Positions 9,222 through 19,764 of a stretch of 64,000 nt of DNA are shown piece after piece. The translations under genes and the position numbers were made by a program. This DNA comes from an uncultured Dehalococcoidia bacterium (GTDB lineage: Bacteria > Chloroflexota > Dehalococcoidia > Lucifugimonadales > UBA3495). The notes beneath the pieces are model-generated. The model worked only from the letters and a program-made list of their open reading frames with translations, did not search any database and was not told the origin of the DNA. Within the stretch, counting starts at the first letter, position 1. Each line of letters begins with the position of its first letter. Location of the stretch: contig CATMOE010000005.1 of the NCBI GenBank assembly GCA_950072105.1, positions 32,001 to 96,000 of the forward strand, read 5' to 3'.

Positions 9222-11060
9222 TTGCAAGAATTGAAATTAGTTAAAGGACAACAGATAACCCTGTCCCTGGTCTCCTGGGGGCGCTTGGGCGAAGCCATGG
9301 GCCAATGGGAGGAGACGGACGTCTTCGTGACCGGGGGCATACCAGGGGAGAAGGTGGTCGCCGAGGTGGTCAGGGTGCACCGGCGCTACGCCGCGGCGTC
9401 GGTGATAGAAGTGTTGGAGGCGTCGGAATGGCGGGTCGAGCCGCCTTGCCCCTACTACGGCGTGTGCTCCGGATGCCAGTGGCAGCACGTTGACTACCAG
9501 CACCAGCTGACCGTCAAGCAGGAAAAAGTGGCCGACGCTTTGCATCGGGTGGGAGACTTCATCGAATCTCCGGTGTTGCCGGTAAGGCCGTCGCCCATCC
9601 AGTACGGTTATCGCAACCACGCCAGGTTCACCATAAACCGGGATGGCGACCTGGGTTTCGTGAATCGGCAGACCCGGCAGTTCGTACGGATCGATCGCTG
9701 CATGCTGATGCATGAGGGTATCAACGGCCCTCTGGCGGAGCTGCAAGGCAAATGCGCCGAGACATCCCAGCTTTCCATAAGGTCGGGGCAGGAAACCAGG
9801 GATACTCTGGTGCAGCCGACCCTGATCAATCCGGAGATCTCCCTGGCCAGCGGCCAGAAATTCTACGGTGACTCGATCGACGGGCACGCGTTTCGGGTGT
9901 CGTCTCCCTCGTTCTTCCAGGTAAACGTGGAGCAGACGGTTCAAGTGGTGCAGGTCATCCGGGAAGCGCTGGATGTGAAGAAAACCGACGTACTGCTGGA
10001 CGCCTACACCGGAGTCGGCACCTTTGCCGTCCTTATGGCGCCCTACGTCCGGAAAGTAATCGCGGTGGAGGAGTCCTCGGCGGCGGTGGCCGACGCCCGG
10101 CTGAATACGGGCGGGATCCCCAACATCGAATTGGTCCTGGGTAGGACCGAAGACGTGCTGCCCAACCTTACGGAGAAACCAGACGCGGCGATATTGGACC
10201 CGCCCCGCGCCGGTTGCCATCCCCGGACGATAGAGAGCTTGATCGAGCTGTCGCCGCCCAAGATAGCCTATGTGTCCTGCGACGCGGAAACCTTGGGCCG
10301 AGACCTGAAACTACTGTGCGAAAGCGCCTACACGTTGGAACAGGTAGTCCCTTTGGATATGTTCCCCCAAACCCATCACGTGGAGTGCGTGGCCTTGCTC
10401 ACCCGTAAAGCTCCGGCTGCTCCAATCATTTTGGCGTCGGCATCGCCTCGGCGCCGGGAGTTGCTGACTGGCTTGGGACTGGACTTCCAGGTGGTTCCCG
10501 CCGATATCCTGGAGGAGCCTCAGCCCGGCGAGATTCCTTTGAAGATGGCGGAACGTTTGTCCTTGGAAAAGGCCCAGGCCGTGGCCGCCCGGTTCCAGCA
10601 TGGGTTCGTCATCGCCGCCGATAGCGTCGTGGTACACCAGGGCCGGCCCTACGGAAAGCCGATCGACGCCGATGATGCCCGCCGGATGTTGCGGGAGCTA
10701 CGGGGCACCAGCCATCAGGTGGTCACCGGGATCACCGTGATGAACGTTGAAGACGGCCGGGTTCTAACGGACAGCATGGCCAGCGACGTGTCGATTCGGG
10801 ACTTCACGGACGGCGAGATGGAGATTTCCATCGCGACGGGCACACCGATGGACAAAGCAGGGGCCTACGCGGTGCAGGACGAAGAATTTCGCCCGGCCCG
10901 ATCCTGGGAAGGGTGCTACACCAACATCATCGGCCTGCCTCTTTGCCGCCTGAGCCAGATGCTGGCCGAGTTGGGGTTTGATGGGACACTGAGCCATCCC
11001 GATGCGGACTCGCCCGTCTGCGGTCCGACCTGCCCGCTCCGGCCGGAAGTAACACCATGA
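9222..11060 (+). CDS. rlmD: fusion of RlmD/RumA-type uracil-5 RNA methyltransferase and Maf nucleoside triphosphate pyrophosphatase
   Basis: TRAM, CPYYGVCSGCQW Fe-S motif, SFFQVN, DAYTGVGT, DPPRAG, YVSCD, DMFPQTHHVE; then in frame ILASASPRRRELL, ADSVV, GKP, DKAGAYAVQ, NIIGLP. Confidence 0.92.
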   Translation: MQELKLVKGQQITLSLVSWGRLGEAMGQWEETDVFVTGGIPGEKVVAEVVRVHRRYAAASVIEVLEASEWRVEPPCPYYGVCSGCQWQHVDYQHQLTVKQEKVADALHRVGDFIESPVLPVRPSPIQYGYRNHARFTINRDGDLGFVNRQTRQFVRIDRCMLMHEGINGPLAELQGKCAETSQLSIRSGQETRDTLVQPTLINPEISLASGQKFYGDSIDGHAFRVSSPSFFQVNVEQTVQVVQVIREALDVKKTDVLLDAYTGVGTFAVLMAPYVRKVIAVEESSAAVADARLNTGGIPNIELVLGRTEDVLPNLTEKPDAAILDPPRAGCHPRTIESLIELSPPKIAYVSCDAETLGRDLKLLCESAYTLEQVVPLDMFPQTHHVECVALLTRKAPAAPIILASASPRRRELLTGLGLDFQVVPADILEEPQPGEIPLKMAERLSLEKAQAVAARFQHGFVIAADSVVVHQGRPYGKPIDADDARRMLRELRGTSHQVVTGITVMNVEDGRVLTDSMASDVSIRDFTDGEMEISIATGTPMDKAGAYAVQDEEFRPARSWEGCYTNIIGLPLCRLSQMLAELGFDGTLSHPDADSPVCGPTCPLRPEVTP

Positions 11061-11341
11061 ACTTCATGGGCATGGGTATCATGGAGCTTGCGGTGATCTT
11101 CCTGGTTTCCTTTTTAGTGCTGGGTCCTTCCAAGTCCATCGACATGGCGCGAACCGCAGGCAAGGTGATCCGGGACCTGCGGAGCGCCATGTCGGATCTG
11201 ACTTCTGCGGTGGACTTGGACCAGACTTCCCCTCCCTCGGCCCCTTCGCAGGCATCAACGACGGCCCCTACGAATGAACTCCAGCCCGGAGTCGCAGTTC
11301 CCTTAGAAGAAAACACCACCGGCAAGTCTGAGGATGAGTGA
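11057..11341 (+). CDS. tatB: twin-arginine translocase TatA/TatB family subunit (TatB-like)
   Basis: GMGIMELAVIFLVSFLVLGP; overlaps the upstream stop (ATGA); precedes tatC. Confidence 0.85.
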   Translation: MNFMGMGIMELAVIFLVSFLVLGPSKSIDMARTAGKVIRDLRSAMSDLTSAVDLDQTSPPSAPSQASTTAPTNELQPGVAVPLEENTTGKSEDE

Positions 11342-12098
11342 CCAACAGCTAACTTTGCTTCAACACCTGGGGGAGCTGAGAAAGCGGCTTTTTATCTCCG
11401 TTTTGGCTCTATTGGCGGGCAGCGCCGTATCCTTTGCTTTTTTCAAGCAGATCATCGAGTTTTTGGTCCGGCCCGCCCGGGATCTGGGCGGGGATGCCGG
11501 AGCCCAGTTGATCTACATCGAGGTGACCGAACTATTGACGACCAGCGTCAAGGTGTCTTTCGTCGGCGGATTCATCTTGGCCTCCCCGGTGATCCTGTAC
11601 CACCTCATCATGTTCGTCGCGCCGGGTCTGACCGGAAGGGAGAAGCGCTATTTGCTCGCCTTTCTGCCGGCGGTGCTGGGGGCGTTCGCCGCGGGCGTAG
11701 CTTTCGCCTACTTCGTTATGACCCCGCCGGCGCTCCACTTCTTGCTTACCTTCGGTGGCGACGTGGCGACGCCGATGATTCGGATAAGCAACATCGTCAA
11801 TCTGATGATCCGGCTTCTCGTCTGGATGGGTATCGTTTTTGAGACACCCCTGGTTATATACCTATTGGCGCTTCTGGGCATTGTCAACACCCGAATACTG
11901 GGAAAGTTTCGACGATATTGGGTGATCGTTTCTTTCGTACTGGCCGCGATCATCACGCCGACATTCGACCCCTTCAACCAAGTCCTGGTGGCGGCGCCCC
12001 TGCTGGTACTGTACGAACTCGGCGTCCTGCTGGCCCGCTTGGCCGGACGCAAGCGAACCCGGTCTGAGGCGATCGTTCCTTTTTCCGAGCCTGACTGA
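11334..12098 (+). CDS. tatC: twin-arginine translocase TatC
   Basis: HLGELRKRL, FVAPGLTGREKR, FETP, AAIITPTFDP. Confidence 0.97.
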   Translation: MSDQQLTLLQHLGELRKRLFISVLALLAGSAVSFAFFKQIIEFLVRPARDLGGDAGAQLIYIEVTELLTTSVKVSFVGGFILASPVILYHLIMFVAPGLTGREKRYLLAFLPAVLGAFAAGVAFAYFVMTPPALHFLLTFGGDVATPMIRISNIVNLMIRLLVWMGIVFETPLVIYLLALLGIVNTRILGKFRRYWVIVSFVLAAIITPTFDPFNQVLVAAPLLVLYELGVLLARLAGRKRTRSEAIVPFSEPD

Positions 12099-12128
12099 CC
12101 AGTGGTGCGCGGTAACGTCCCGCCCCAA

Positions 12129-12160
12129 TAAAAAGGGACCGGCAATCGCCGGTCCCTTTG
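12129..12160. terminator. bidirectional terminator between convergent tatC and tatA
   Basis: AAAAGGGACCGGC-AATC-GCCGGTCCCTTT. Confidence 0.85.
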
Positions 12161-12196
12161 ACTTACCCGAATGATGTTCTATCGACGCTAGTTCGT

Positions 12197-12400
12197 CTAA
12201 AGCGGATCTTTGTCTGAACTGGTCGTGGCCTCACTCCCGGCAGCTTCATTGTCGTCTTCACCGGTTACAGCGCTCTTAAACGTCCTGATACCTTTGCCCA
12301 GGGAGGAGCCTATCTCCGGCAGCCGCTTAGCGCCGAAAATCAGCATGATTACCAGCAAAATGATTAATAGCTCCGGTATGCCCAGCGGGCCGATTCTCAT
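12197..12400 (-). CDS. tatA: twin-arginine translocase TatA
   Basis: MRIGPLGIPELLIILLVIMLIFGAKRLPEIGSSLGKGIRTFK. Confidence 0.95.
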   Translation of the reverse strand: MRIGPLGIPELLIILLVIMLIFGAKRLPEIGSSLGKGIRTFKSAVTGEDDNEAAGSEATTSSDKDPL

Positions 12401-12727
12401 GTTGGTCACTTTCCTTGTAAGCCATTCTAAGCCATTTCTATCTGGCTTTAGACTGTAATGATAACAAAAATGCCCGTCCCGGCACAATTGGCTAAGGAAC
12501 GAGTTCTACGCTAGATAGGCCTGATATTAAGCCAGAGATGATTGACAGCACCAAAGTCCGACACTAAGCTCCAAATACTTTGCTCGGACTCTGCTAGCGG
12601 CATCGGGCCGGGTGATGTGTGGAATCCGAATTGATAGTTTGAGACAACCCAGAAAGTGCTATCATCACGGGAATCAGGACGATCTGGGAAATCCTAACTT
12701 AGAAGACGAAGCGTTCAAGGAGGGTCT

Positions 12728-14302
12728 ATGAAATATGACGTTATCATCGTTGGCGGAGGAGCGGCTGGATCAGTGCTGGCCAGCAGGCTGGCTGAAAACC
12801 CGAATACATCCGTTCTATTGCTGGAAGCCGGGACGGATTACCCGGACCCAGACAATCTTCCGGACGAGATAAAGTGGGGCCACACGAGATATGCGGAATC
12901 CCCAGACTCGAAACACAACTGGGCGTTGCGAGGAACGATCACCGAGGAGCAAGGGGAGATCCACGTGGCCCAGGGCAAGGTTATCGGGGGAGGGTCGTCC
13001 ATCAACGGCCAGGCGATGCAAAGGGGATTGCCCGAGGATTTCGACTCGTGGTCTTCTTTAGGCAACGAAGAATGGTCTTATACCAAAGTCTTGCCCTTCT
13101 TTAGAAAATCGGAGCATGATCTAGACATTCGAGATGATTTCCATGGAACGGACGGGCCGATGCCGGTAAGGCGCCGCCAGTCAGGCGCCTGGCCTGACAT
13201 CCAAAAAGCCTTCCATGCCGCCTGTTTGGAGGCTGGATTCGGGGCCTGCGAAGATACCAATGGTCCGAACCCCTCCGGCGTTGGGGTGGCTCCCACGAAC
13301 AACCTTGACGGCATGAGAATGAGCGCCGCCATGACTCATCTCAACCCGATGCGCCACCGTCTTAACCTTACGGTGCGGGGAGGGGTTTTCGTCAGGAAGG
13401 TCTTGATCGAGGATCTAAAGGCCGTGGGCGTGGAAGTCGAAAGCGGGGGAGAGGTCTTCAACGTTGAAGCAGACCGGGTTGTGCTGAGCGCCGGGGCTAT
13501 CAAATCGCCCCACCTGCTCATGTTATCGGGGATCGGCCCCAAGGACCAACTTGAGAAATTTGGTATAACGGCGGTTCATGATCTCCCCGGCGTAGGGCAG
13601 AACCTGATGAACCACCTGAGCGCCCAGGTTACCTTCAAGGTCAAAGAAGGTGTCACCATCGCTGCCGATCACGAAGCGGCTCACTTTAGTTTGCATTACA
13701 CCTCCCAAGGGTCCAGCGAGACCAACGATATGTTGCTGAGGACTACCGCCGTTGTCGACCAAAGAGAGGAGCGAGTAGCTGGTGTACGGACCAAGTACCT
13801 GACCGGTGAAGTTCCACCGGACCAGGTGGCCCGGATATCGTGTACTCTCGGGTTGCCCGACGGCTCGGGAAACGTCAGCTTGGCGTCCGCCGACCCCAGC
13901 GTGCAGCCGTCCTTTAACTACCGTTATCTCCAGCATCCAAACGACATCCGGCGGGTAAGGGAAGGCGTGCGGATGGCCATCAGCTTTCTGGAATCCGACG
14001 CGTACAAAGACTTGGCCGATCACCGGATCCAACCAACAGACGACATTCTGGCCGACGACGACGCTTTGGACCTGTGGATACGCCAGATCGTGGGAAGCGC
14101 CAGGCACGTGTCGGGCACCTGTAAGATGGGACCTGATTCAGACCCAATGGCGGTAGTCGACCAATACTGCAGCGTCAAGGGAGTTCAAGGGTTGTCGGTG
14201 GTTGATGCGTCGGTGATGCCGCGAGTTCCCAGGTCCGGGGGCGCCCATGCGACGGTTGTCATGATAGGGGAACGCGCCGCCGATTGGATCGCGCCGCGTT
14301 AA
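12728..14302 (+). CDS. GMC family FAD oxidoreductase (choline dehydrogenase/MftG-like)
   Basis: IVGGGAAG, LLLEAG, GKVIGGGSSING, LLMLSGIG, HVSGTCKMG, VVDASVMP. Confidence 0.93.
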   Translation: MKYDVIIVGGGAAGSVLASRLAENPNTSVLLLEAGTDYPDPDNLPDEIKWGHTRYAESPDSKHNWALRGTITEEQGEIHVAQGKVIGGGSSINGQAMQRGLPEDFDSWSSLGNEEWSYTKVLPFFRKSEHDLDIRDDFHGTDGPMPVRRRQSGAWPDIQKAFHAACLEAGFGACEDTNGPNPSGVGVAPTNNLDGMRMSAAMTHLNPMRHRLNLTVRGGVFVRKVLIEDLKAVGVEVESGGEVFNVEADRVVLSAGAIKSPHLLMLSGIGPKDQLEKFGITAVHDLPGVGQNLMNHLSAQVTFKVKEGVTIAADHEAAHFSLHYTSQGSSETNDMLLRTTAVVDQREERVAGVRTKYLTGEVPPDQVARISCTLGLPDGSGNVSLASADPSVQPSFNYRYLQHPNDIRRVREGVRMAISFLESDAYKDLADHRIQPTDDILADDDALDLWIRQIVGSARHVSGTCKMGPDSDPMAVVDQYCSVKGVQGLSVVDASVMPRVPRSGGAHATVVMIGERAADWIAPR

Positions 14303-14330
14303 CCCCGTCCAACATATATGTTTGGTAGGT

Positions 14331-14359
14331 GATGGGGCTCTCTAATTTGGAGCCCCATC
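14331..14359. terminator. hairpin between convergent genes
   Basis: GATGGGGCTC...GAGCCCCATC. Confidence 0.65.
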
Positions 14360-14414
14360 TGCTCAGTCAAAAGTTCTCCGGCCCTCGGCGCTCACCGGCA
14401 CAGTTGGCTGGTGC

Positions 14415-15398
14415 TCAGTCTATCGTCAGTACGATCTTACCGAAATTGGCGTTGGTTTCCATGTAGCGGTGGGCCTCCGCAACCTCTTCCAAGGGAAAAG
14501 TTCGGTCCACCACCGGCTTCATGCTCCCGGAAACCAGGTGGGGAAGCACGTGGCGCTTGAACTGGGCGGTCACGATCAGCTTCTCTTCGATGGACCGGCC
14601 CCTTAAGGTAGTTCCGCACACTTGCAGACGCTTGGCCATCAAGTCCCGCAGATCCACTTGGACCTGGCCGCCGCCCATCAGGCCCACCTCGACAATGCGT
14701 CCCAAGTTGGCCATGGAAGCGATATTCTGGTCCCAGTAAGGGCCGCCGATGAAGTCTATAAGCACGTCTACCCCGGCGCCCGCGGTTTTTTCTTTTACCA
14801 CGGCCGCGAAGTCCTGCTCGTGATAATTGATGCCCACGTCCATGCCCAATTCGGCCGCTCCAGCCAGTTTCGCCGCCGAACCGGCTGTACCGAACACAAA
14901 TGCTCCGGCATGGTGGGCCAACTGTACTGCTGCCGTGCCAACACCGCTTCCCGCCGCATGGACCAGCACGGTCTCTCCCATCTGGAGGTTGGCCTGGTTG
15001 AATAGCGCGTCGTAGGCGGTGAAATATACTTCCGGGGTCGCGGCGGCTTGGACAAAGTCCCATCCATCGGGGATAGGAATAGCCATGCGGTGATGGGTGA
15101 TGATACGGCTGGCATAACCGCCTCCGCCGAGGAGTCCAAAAACTCGGTCCCCCTTCGCCATGCCAATCACCCGATCGCCGGCCTCAAGAACCACTCCGGC
15201 GAACTCCAATCCCAGGATGTCCGATGGGCTACCGGGAGGGGAAGGATAGCCGCCTTGACGCTGAAGAGTGTCGGCGCGGTTCAAGGCGGTAGCTCTCACG
15301 TCAACCAGGATGTCTTCAGGGCCGGGGGCCGGGTCATCGACCTCCATTATCTTCAGAACTTCGGGACCGCCTGGCTCGGTTATAACGGCTGCGCGCAT
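14415..15398 (-). CDS. NAD(P)H-quinone oxidoreductase, PIG3/zeta-crystallin family
   Basis: ALNRADTLQRQGGYP, GLEFAG, VHAAGSGVG, AHRYMETNANFGKIVL. Confidence 0.95.
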   Translation of the reverse strand: MRAAVITEPGGPEVLKIMEVDDPAPGPEDILVDVRATALNRADTLQRQGGYPSPPGSPSDILGLEFAGVVLEAGDRVIGMAKGDRVFGLLGGGGYASRIITHHRMAIPIPDGWDFVQAAATPEVYFTAYDALFNQANLQMGETVLVHAAGSGVGTAAVQLAHHAGAFVFGTAGSAAKLAGAAELGMDVGINYHEQDFAAVVKEKTAGAGVDVLIDFIGGPYWDQNIASMANLGRIVEVGLMGGGQVQVDLRDLMAKRLQVCGTTLRGRSIEEKLIVTAQFKRHVLPHLVSGSMKPVVDRTFPLEEVAEAHRYMETNANFGKIVLTID

Positions 15399-15869
15399 GA
15401 ATCTTGTCCTTTCAGATCTAGGCTTGAATCAGGGGGTCGTAATCGCCTGGGGAGATTGCGGACCAGTTTATCACCCTTTAATCGTGCCCGTTGTAGAGTG
15501 GCATGCCTATCACGAGGTTGCATACTTGGGACACTCTATATAGGAACTATAGTGGTCAACGCGTCCGGGGCCAGTGGCCGTCGATCAAGGATTGGTAGCA
15601 GGCTCAATCTCTTGGTTGATCGCGTTTAAGTGCGCCCTTTTTGTAGCTCTGTTAGCGAGTATTACTGGGATGCGCCGGCGCAAGAAACGTGAAGGAAGGC
15701 ATTCGTAGTTGAAGCGCGACGAGGTGTATAATCGCGGCGGCAACAGCGAAAGCTTCGCCATAAGAGTCGTCACGCCGCTGGAGGCACTTGATCGGTGACG
15801 GCGAAAATGCCTCTTTCCGGCTCAAATCCAACCCAAATTTCCACTGGATTCCCTATCGCGGAGATAAAT

Positions 15870-16568
15870 ATGCATGAGTTGAACATCGATCCCTGGTTCG
15901 TGGACAAGGCGAAGCAGTCCCGCGACGGTAGGCTCAATGCCTATGAAACTCTGGATGCAAGTAAGACGGCGCTCGTCGTTGTCGATATGCAGAATTATTT
16001 CGTCGCCGACGGCATGCCGTCCTGTGCGCCCCAGGCGCGAACGATCGTGCCCAACATTAACCGCCTGGCCCAGGCAACGCGGACGGCCGGTGGGAAGGTG
16101 ATCTGGGTCCAGACCGAAGCGCTCTCCACGGACCCCCAGGACTGGGCCAACCGCAAGGAAGCAACGAGCGCCGCACGGTGGGCAAGTCGTCAATCGCTTT
16201 TAGCAACGGACGGCGATGGATTTCCGATCTACTCCACCTGCGAGGTGTTGCCGGAGGACAAGATCGCGATCAAGTACCGCTACTCGGCGTTCATTCCATA
16301 CCCATCGGAACTTGACGGCCTGCTCCGTGAGCTAGGCATCGACACGCTGCTCATCACCGGCGTTGCGACCAGCACGTGTTGCGAGTCGACCGCGCGTGAC
16401 GCTGCCATGTGGGACTACCGCACTATCATGGTCTCAGACGGCAACGCCGACCAGACGGATGCGCTGCACAATCACACGCTGGGCAAGTTTCTGGTGACCT
16501 TCGGCGATGTCCAGTCGACCGACGATTTGCTCACAAAGCTGAAGGCACCGGTGAAATCAGGAACCTGA
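15870..16568 (+). CDS. cysteine hydrolase (isochorismatase family)
   Basis: TALVVVDMQNYF, KYRYSAF, TGVATSTCCESTARDA; GGAG RBS before ATG 15870. Confidence 0.92.
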   Translation: MHELNIDPWFVDKAKQSRDGRLNAYETLDASKTALVVVDMQNYFVADGMPSCAPQARTIVPNINRLAQATRTAGGKVIWVQTEALSTDPQDWANRKEATSAARWASRQSLLATDGDGFPIYSTCEVLPEDKIAIKYRYSAFIPYPSELDGLLRELGIDTLLITGVATSTCCESTARDAAMWDYRTIMVSDGNADQTDALHNHTLGKFLVTFGDVQSTDDLLTKLKAPVKSGT

Positions 16569-16883
16569 ACCTCAGCGGCCTGAAAACAAACACCGCCAGC
16601 CCGTGATTTTTGGGGAGTTCAACGCTTCCCCGTCTCCCCGTCCAATCTCGTCTGCGTGATGTTAAAATCGGAAAATTCTTGCGTCGATCCGCAAAGTAAG
16701 CCAGAAAGAGGATCGCTTTATAGCCCCACGGCAAAGAGAATTCGATGATCCGTCTGTGACCTAACGCCTTGGGCTGAGGACACGATCGGCTCTCTCCGAA
16801 TAATTACGAGGTGCGCCGGGAGATCTCAACCGACTTACCACGGACGGTGACCCCATACCGGCGATAGTTGGAGTTGAACCGCT

Positions 16884-19091
16884 TTGGACGAGAAACAAGA
16901 AGCCCATCTTATCGAAGAGAACCTTTTCTTGCAGCAACGGTCGCAAGAGTTGGAGACATTGTTCAAGATCTCCGGGCTCCTTAACCAACAGGGAACCTAC
17001 AAGGATAAATTGAATGGCGTTATAAAGGAACTGGCACTCGTCGCGGAGGTATCCGGAGTGAGGATTGTTGTTCCAGACCCGGAGCATGGCGGTTTGCGAA
17101 CGATTATTCGAGAGGTGGGGAGCACATTACCGGAACTTCAGCAAGTCAGGGGCTTGTCGTTAATGGCGTTTGAAAGCGGCCAAGCCGTGGTTGCCAATGA
17201 CTACCCTTCCCACCCCAATGCAGATCCAGTTGCCCTGGCAACTGGGGCGAAATCGGTGATTGCGTTGCCTATCAAGAACGCCGAAGAGACGATCGCGGTG
17301 GCCGGTATCACTTCCCCGGAGATTAATCATTTCAATCCAGATCGAGTCCGGCTGTTGACTGCGATCGTCGATGGTTTAGGCCCCTTGTTAGAAAACGCCC
17401 GGCTGGATAGCCAACTGCTCCAACGGTCTGAGGAATTGGAAGCCCTGTTCAAAATCTCCAATATCTTTGGCCAACCCGGAACTTACGAAGATAAGTTGAG
17501 TGGTGTCATTGAGGAGATAGCACGCGTCGCAGACGTGTACGGGGTGAGGATTATTGTTCGAGACCCGGATGACGGCGGATTGAGAACAATGGTCCGAGGG
17601 CAAATGGAATGGGAAGCATTGCCGGCTCTCCAGCAAGTACAAGGTTTGTCGTTAATGGCCTTTGAAAGCGGAGAAGCCGTGTTGGCCAACGACTACTCGT
17701 CCCACCCCAATGCGGAGCAAATGTTCATCGAAAGGGGGGTTAAGTCGTCGATATCGTTACCGATCAAGGCCGACGATAAAATAATAGCAGTGGCCGGTAT
17801 CGCTTCGGACGAACTAAATCATTTCAATCCTGAGCGAGTGCGGCTATTGACCGCGATCGTTGATGGTTTAGGTCCTCTCCTAGAAAACGCCAGACTTGAC
17901 CAAGACCTACTTGATTCAAATAGCCAGCTATCGGAGGCGTTAGAAACTTTAAAGGCCACGCAGGAACATCTCGTCCATCAGGAACGGTTAAGCGCGTTGG
18001 GCACCATGGCCAGCGGCATTGCCCATGATTTCAACAACGCGTTGTCGCCCATCTTCGGCTATTCCGAGTTTCTCTTGGAGGACGCCGATGGATTCGACGA
18101 ATCCACCGTGAAATACCTCCAAGAGATCCGGACCAGCGCCCAAGACGCCGGTGCGGTGGTCAGCCGTCTGCGGGAGTTTTACCGGGAACGGGATGGCTCG
18201 GAGCTAATGGCGCCGGTGAACCTAAACGACGTCGTTGCTAGGGTCATCTCGCTGACTCAGCCCAAATGGCGGGACATGGCGTTGGCGAACGGTATCGACA
18301 TTCAGTTAATTACCCAACTCGCCGATGACCTGCCCGAAATTAGCGGTGACGAAGCCGAACTACGCTCGGCATTGGGTAATCTAGTTTTCAATGCAGTCGA
18401 CGCCATGCCCGAAGGTGGCACGATAACTCTGAAAACCTTCCAAGATGGTCAAGAAGTGATTCTGGAGGTAGCCGACACCGGGACTGGGATGAGAGATGAG
18501 GTGCTCAAGCGCGCTATGGAGCCGTTCTTCACCACCAAAGAAGAACGGGGAACCGGTATGGGCCTGGCTATGGTGTATGGCTCGCTCCAGCGTCACGAAG
18601 GCGAGCTGGAGGTTGAAAGCGAGGTCGGCAAAGGAACCACCTTCAGGTTCCGCATACCGGTCCAAACGGAAGTCCAAAATATCGCCGAGACGCTTGAAGT
18701 AGAGCCGTTCCCCTCTGGACTCCGGTTTCTCGTGGTGGATGACGAGCAAAGAGTTCGGGACATGGTTGGTGAGTTCCTGCGGCGCCAGGGTTCGGCGGTG
18801 GAAACTGCGGCCAACGGCCGGGAAGCGCTGGAGAAATTTCACCAGAGCGAATTCGATCTTGTGATAACGGACCGGGGGATGCCCGAGATGAATGGTGACG
18901 CGCTGGCAGAGGCGATCAAAGGGGAATCGCCCAATATGCCGATCATCATGTTGACCGGGTTTGGCGAGATGATGACCAGCAATAATGAAAAGCCTGCGGG
19001 AGTTGACGTCATTCTAGGCAAACCCGTCACTCCGGCGGCCCTCAGGCAGGCAGTCACCGTCTTAAGGGCGGAATACGCGGCCCGGGATTAG
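16884..19091 (+). CDS. hybrid sensor kinase (GAF-GAF-HisKA-HATPase-REC)
   Basis: two near-identical GAF repeats; GIAHDFNN, NLVFNAVDAM, DTGTGM, PFFTTK, GTGMGL; VVDDE, TDRGMP. Confidence 0.95.
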   Translation: MDEKQEAHLIEENLFLQQRSQELETLFKISGLLNQQGTYKDKLNGVIKELALVAEVSGVRIVVPDPEHGGLRTIIREVGSTLPELQQVRGLSLMAFESGQAVVANDYPSHPNADPVALATGAKSVIALPIKNAEETIAVAGITSPEINHFNPDRVRLLTAIVDGLGPLLENARLDSQLLQRSEELEALFKISNIFGQPGTYEDKLSGVIEEIARVADVYGVRIIVRDPDDGGLRTMVRGQMEWEALPALQQVQGLSLMAFESGEAVLANDYSSHPNAEQMFIERGVKSSISLPIKADDKIIAVAGIASDELNHFNPERVRLLTAIVDGLGPLLENARLDQDLLDSNSQLSEALETLKATQEHLVHQERLSALGTMASGIAHDFNNALSPIFGYSEFLLEDADGFDESTVKYLQEIRTSAQDAGAVVSRLREFYRERDGSELMAPVNLNDVVARVISLTQPKWRDMALANGIDIQLITQLADDLPEISGDEAELRSALGNLVFNAVDAMPEGGTITLKTFQDGQEVILEVADTGTGMRDEVLKRAMEPFFTTKEERGTGMGLAMVYGSLQRHEGELEVESEVGKGTTFRFRIPVQTEVQNIAETLEVEPFPSGLRFLVVDDEQRVRDMVGEFLRRQGSAVETAANGREALEKFHQSEFDLVITDRGMPEMNGDALAEAIKGESPNMPIIMLTGFGEMMTSNNEKPAGVDVILGKPVTPAALRQAVTVLRAEYAARD

Positions 19092-19403
19092 GTCGGCACG
19101 GATTTCGTGACCAGCTTATTGCCACTAGTACCGCCAGGCCGTGTTGCTGGTGGAGGTCAACTCTCCCGTTTCCACCAATCAGTTGGAATTTGCTAAACGA
19201 AGATCGAAGCAAATTCGGCATGTCTATTTTGGTCTTGGTTCCTCGGGCACACAATATTTGCCTAAGCTCTGACGACGCCACATGAATAATTTGTCGATTT
19301 AAATATGCAACACGCTCAACTTGAGCATCTTGCATAATTATGATATCTTCTAATTAGAACAAAAACAGAACGGTCATATGTTCTAGGTTTGGGAGGTGTG
19401 GTG

Positions 19404-19688
19404 GTGCCATTTGTACAACAAAATTCCCAAACGTTCACGCGGGCAAATATTGAAGTTATCACTCCAGGTCAAATGGGCGTTTATGGGATTTTTAAGACTA
19501 ACCGTTGGATATATGTTGGCAGTGGGGACATTAGGAACAGATTGCTAGCGCACTTCAACGGGGACAATACCTGTATTACTGGCGAGTTGCCGACGCACTA
19601 TGTTGATGAGGTCACAACTAGCTATATTCAGAGAGAAAAAGACCTGATTAGGGAGTTGACGCCTGCTTGCAATCAACGTGTTGGCTAG
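19404..19688 (+). CDS. small stand-alone GIY-YIG nuclease-like protein
   Basis: GVYGI...IYVGSG..RNRLLAH...REKDLIRELTPACN; GGAGG RBS. Confidence 0.8.
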   Translation: MPFVQQNSQTFTRANIEVITPGQMGVYGIFKTNRWIYVGSGDIRNRLLAHFNGDNTCITGELPTHYVDEVTTSYIQREKDLIRELTPACNQRVG

Positions 19689-19764
19689 AAACTTCCCGTA
19701 ATCGGTTCATTGCAACTATAAAGCCGTATACCACAAGGTACATTTGCCAGAGCTTCGGAGCGAC

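Noticed and set aside
19297..19323. 27-bp repeat as an Xer/dif site
   Set aside because: Only ATTTAA matches a XerD arm and there is no inner TAA/TTA dyad; kept as a generic att-like repeat
19356..19385. GAAC-N7-GAAC and nearby GTTCT as an SOS box upstream of the GIY-YIG gene
   Set aside because: The spacing fits an alphaproteobacterial box rather than the GAAC-N4-GTTC type expected here; a single short match could be chance
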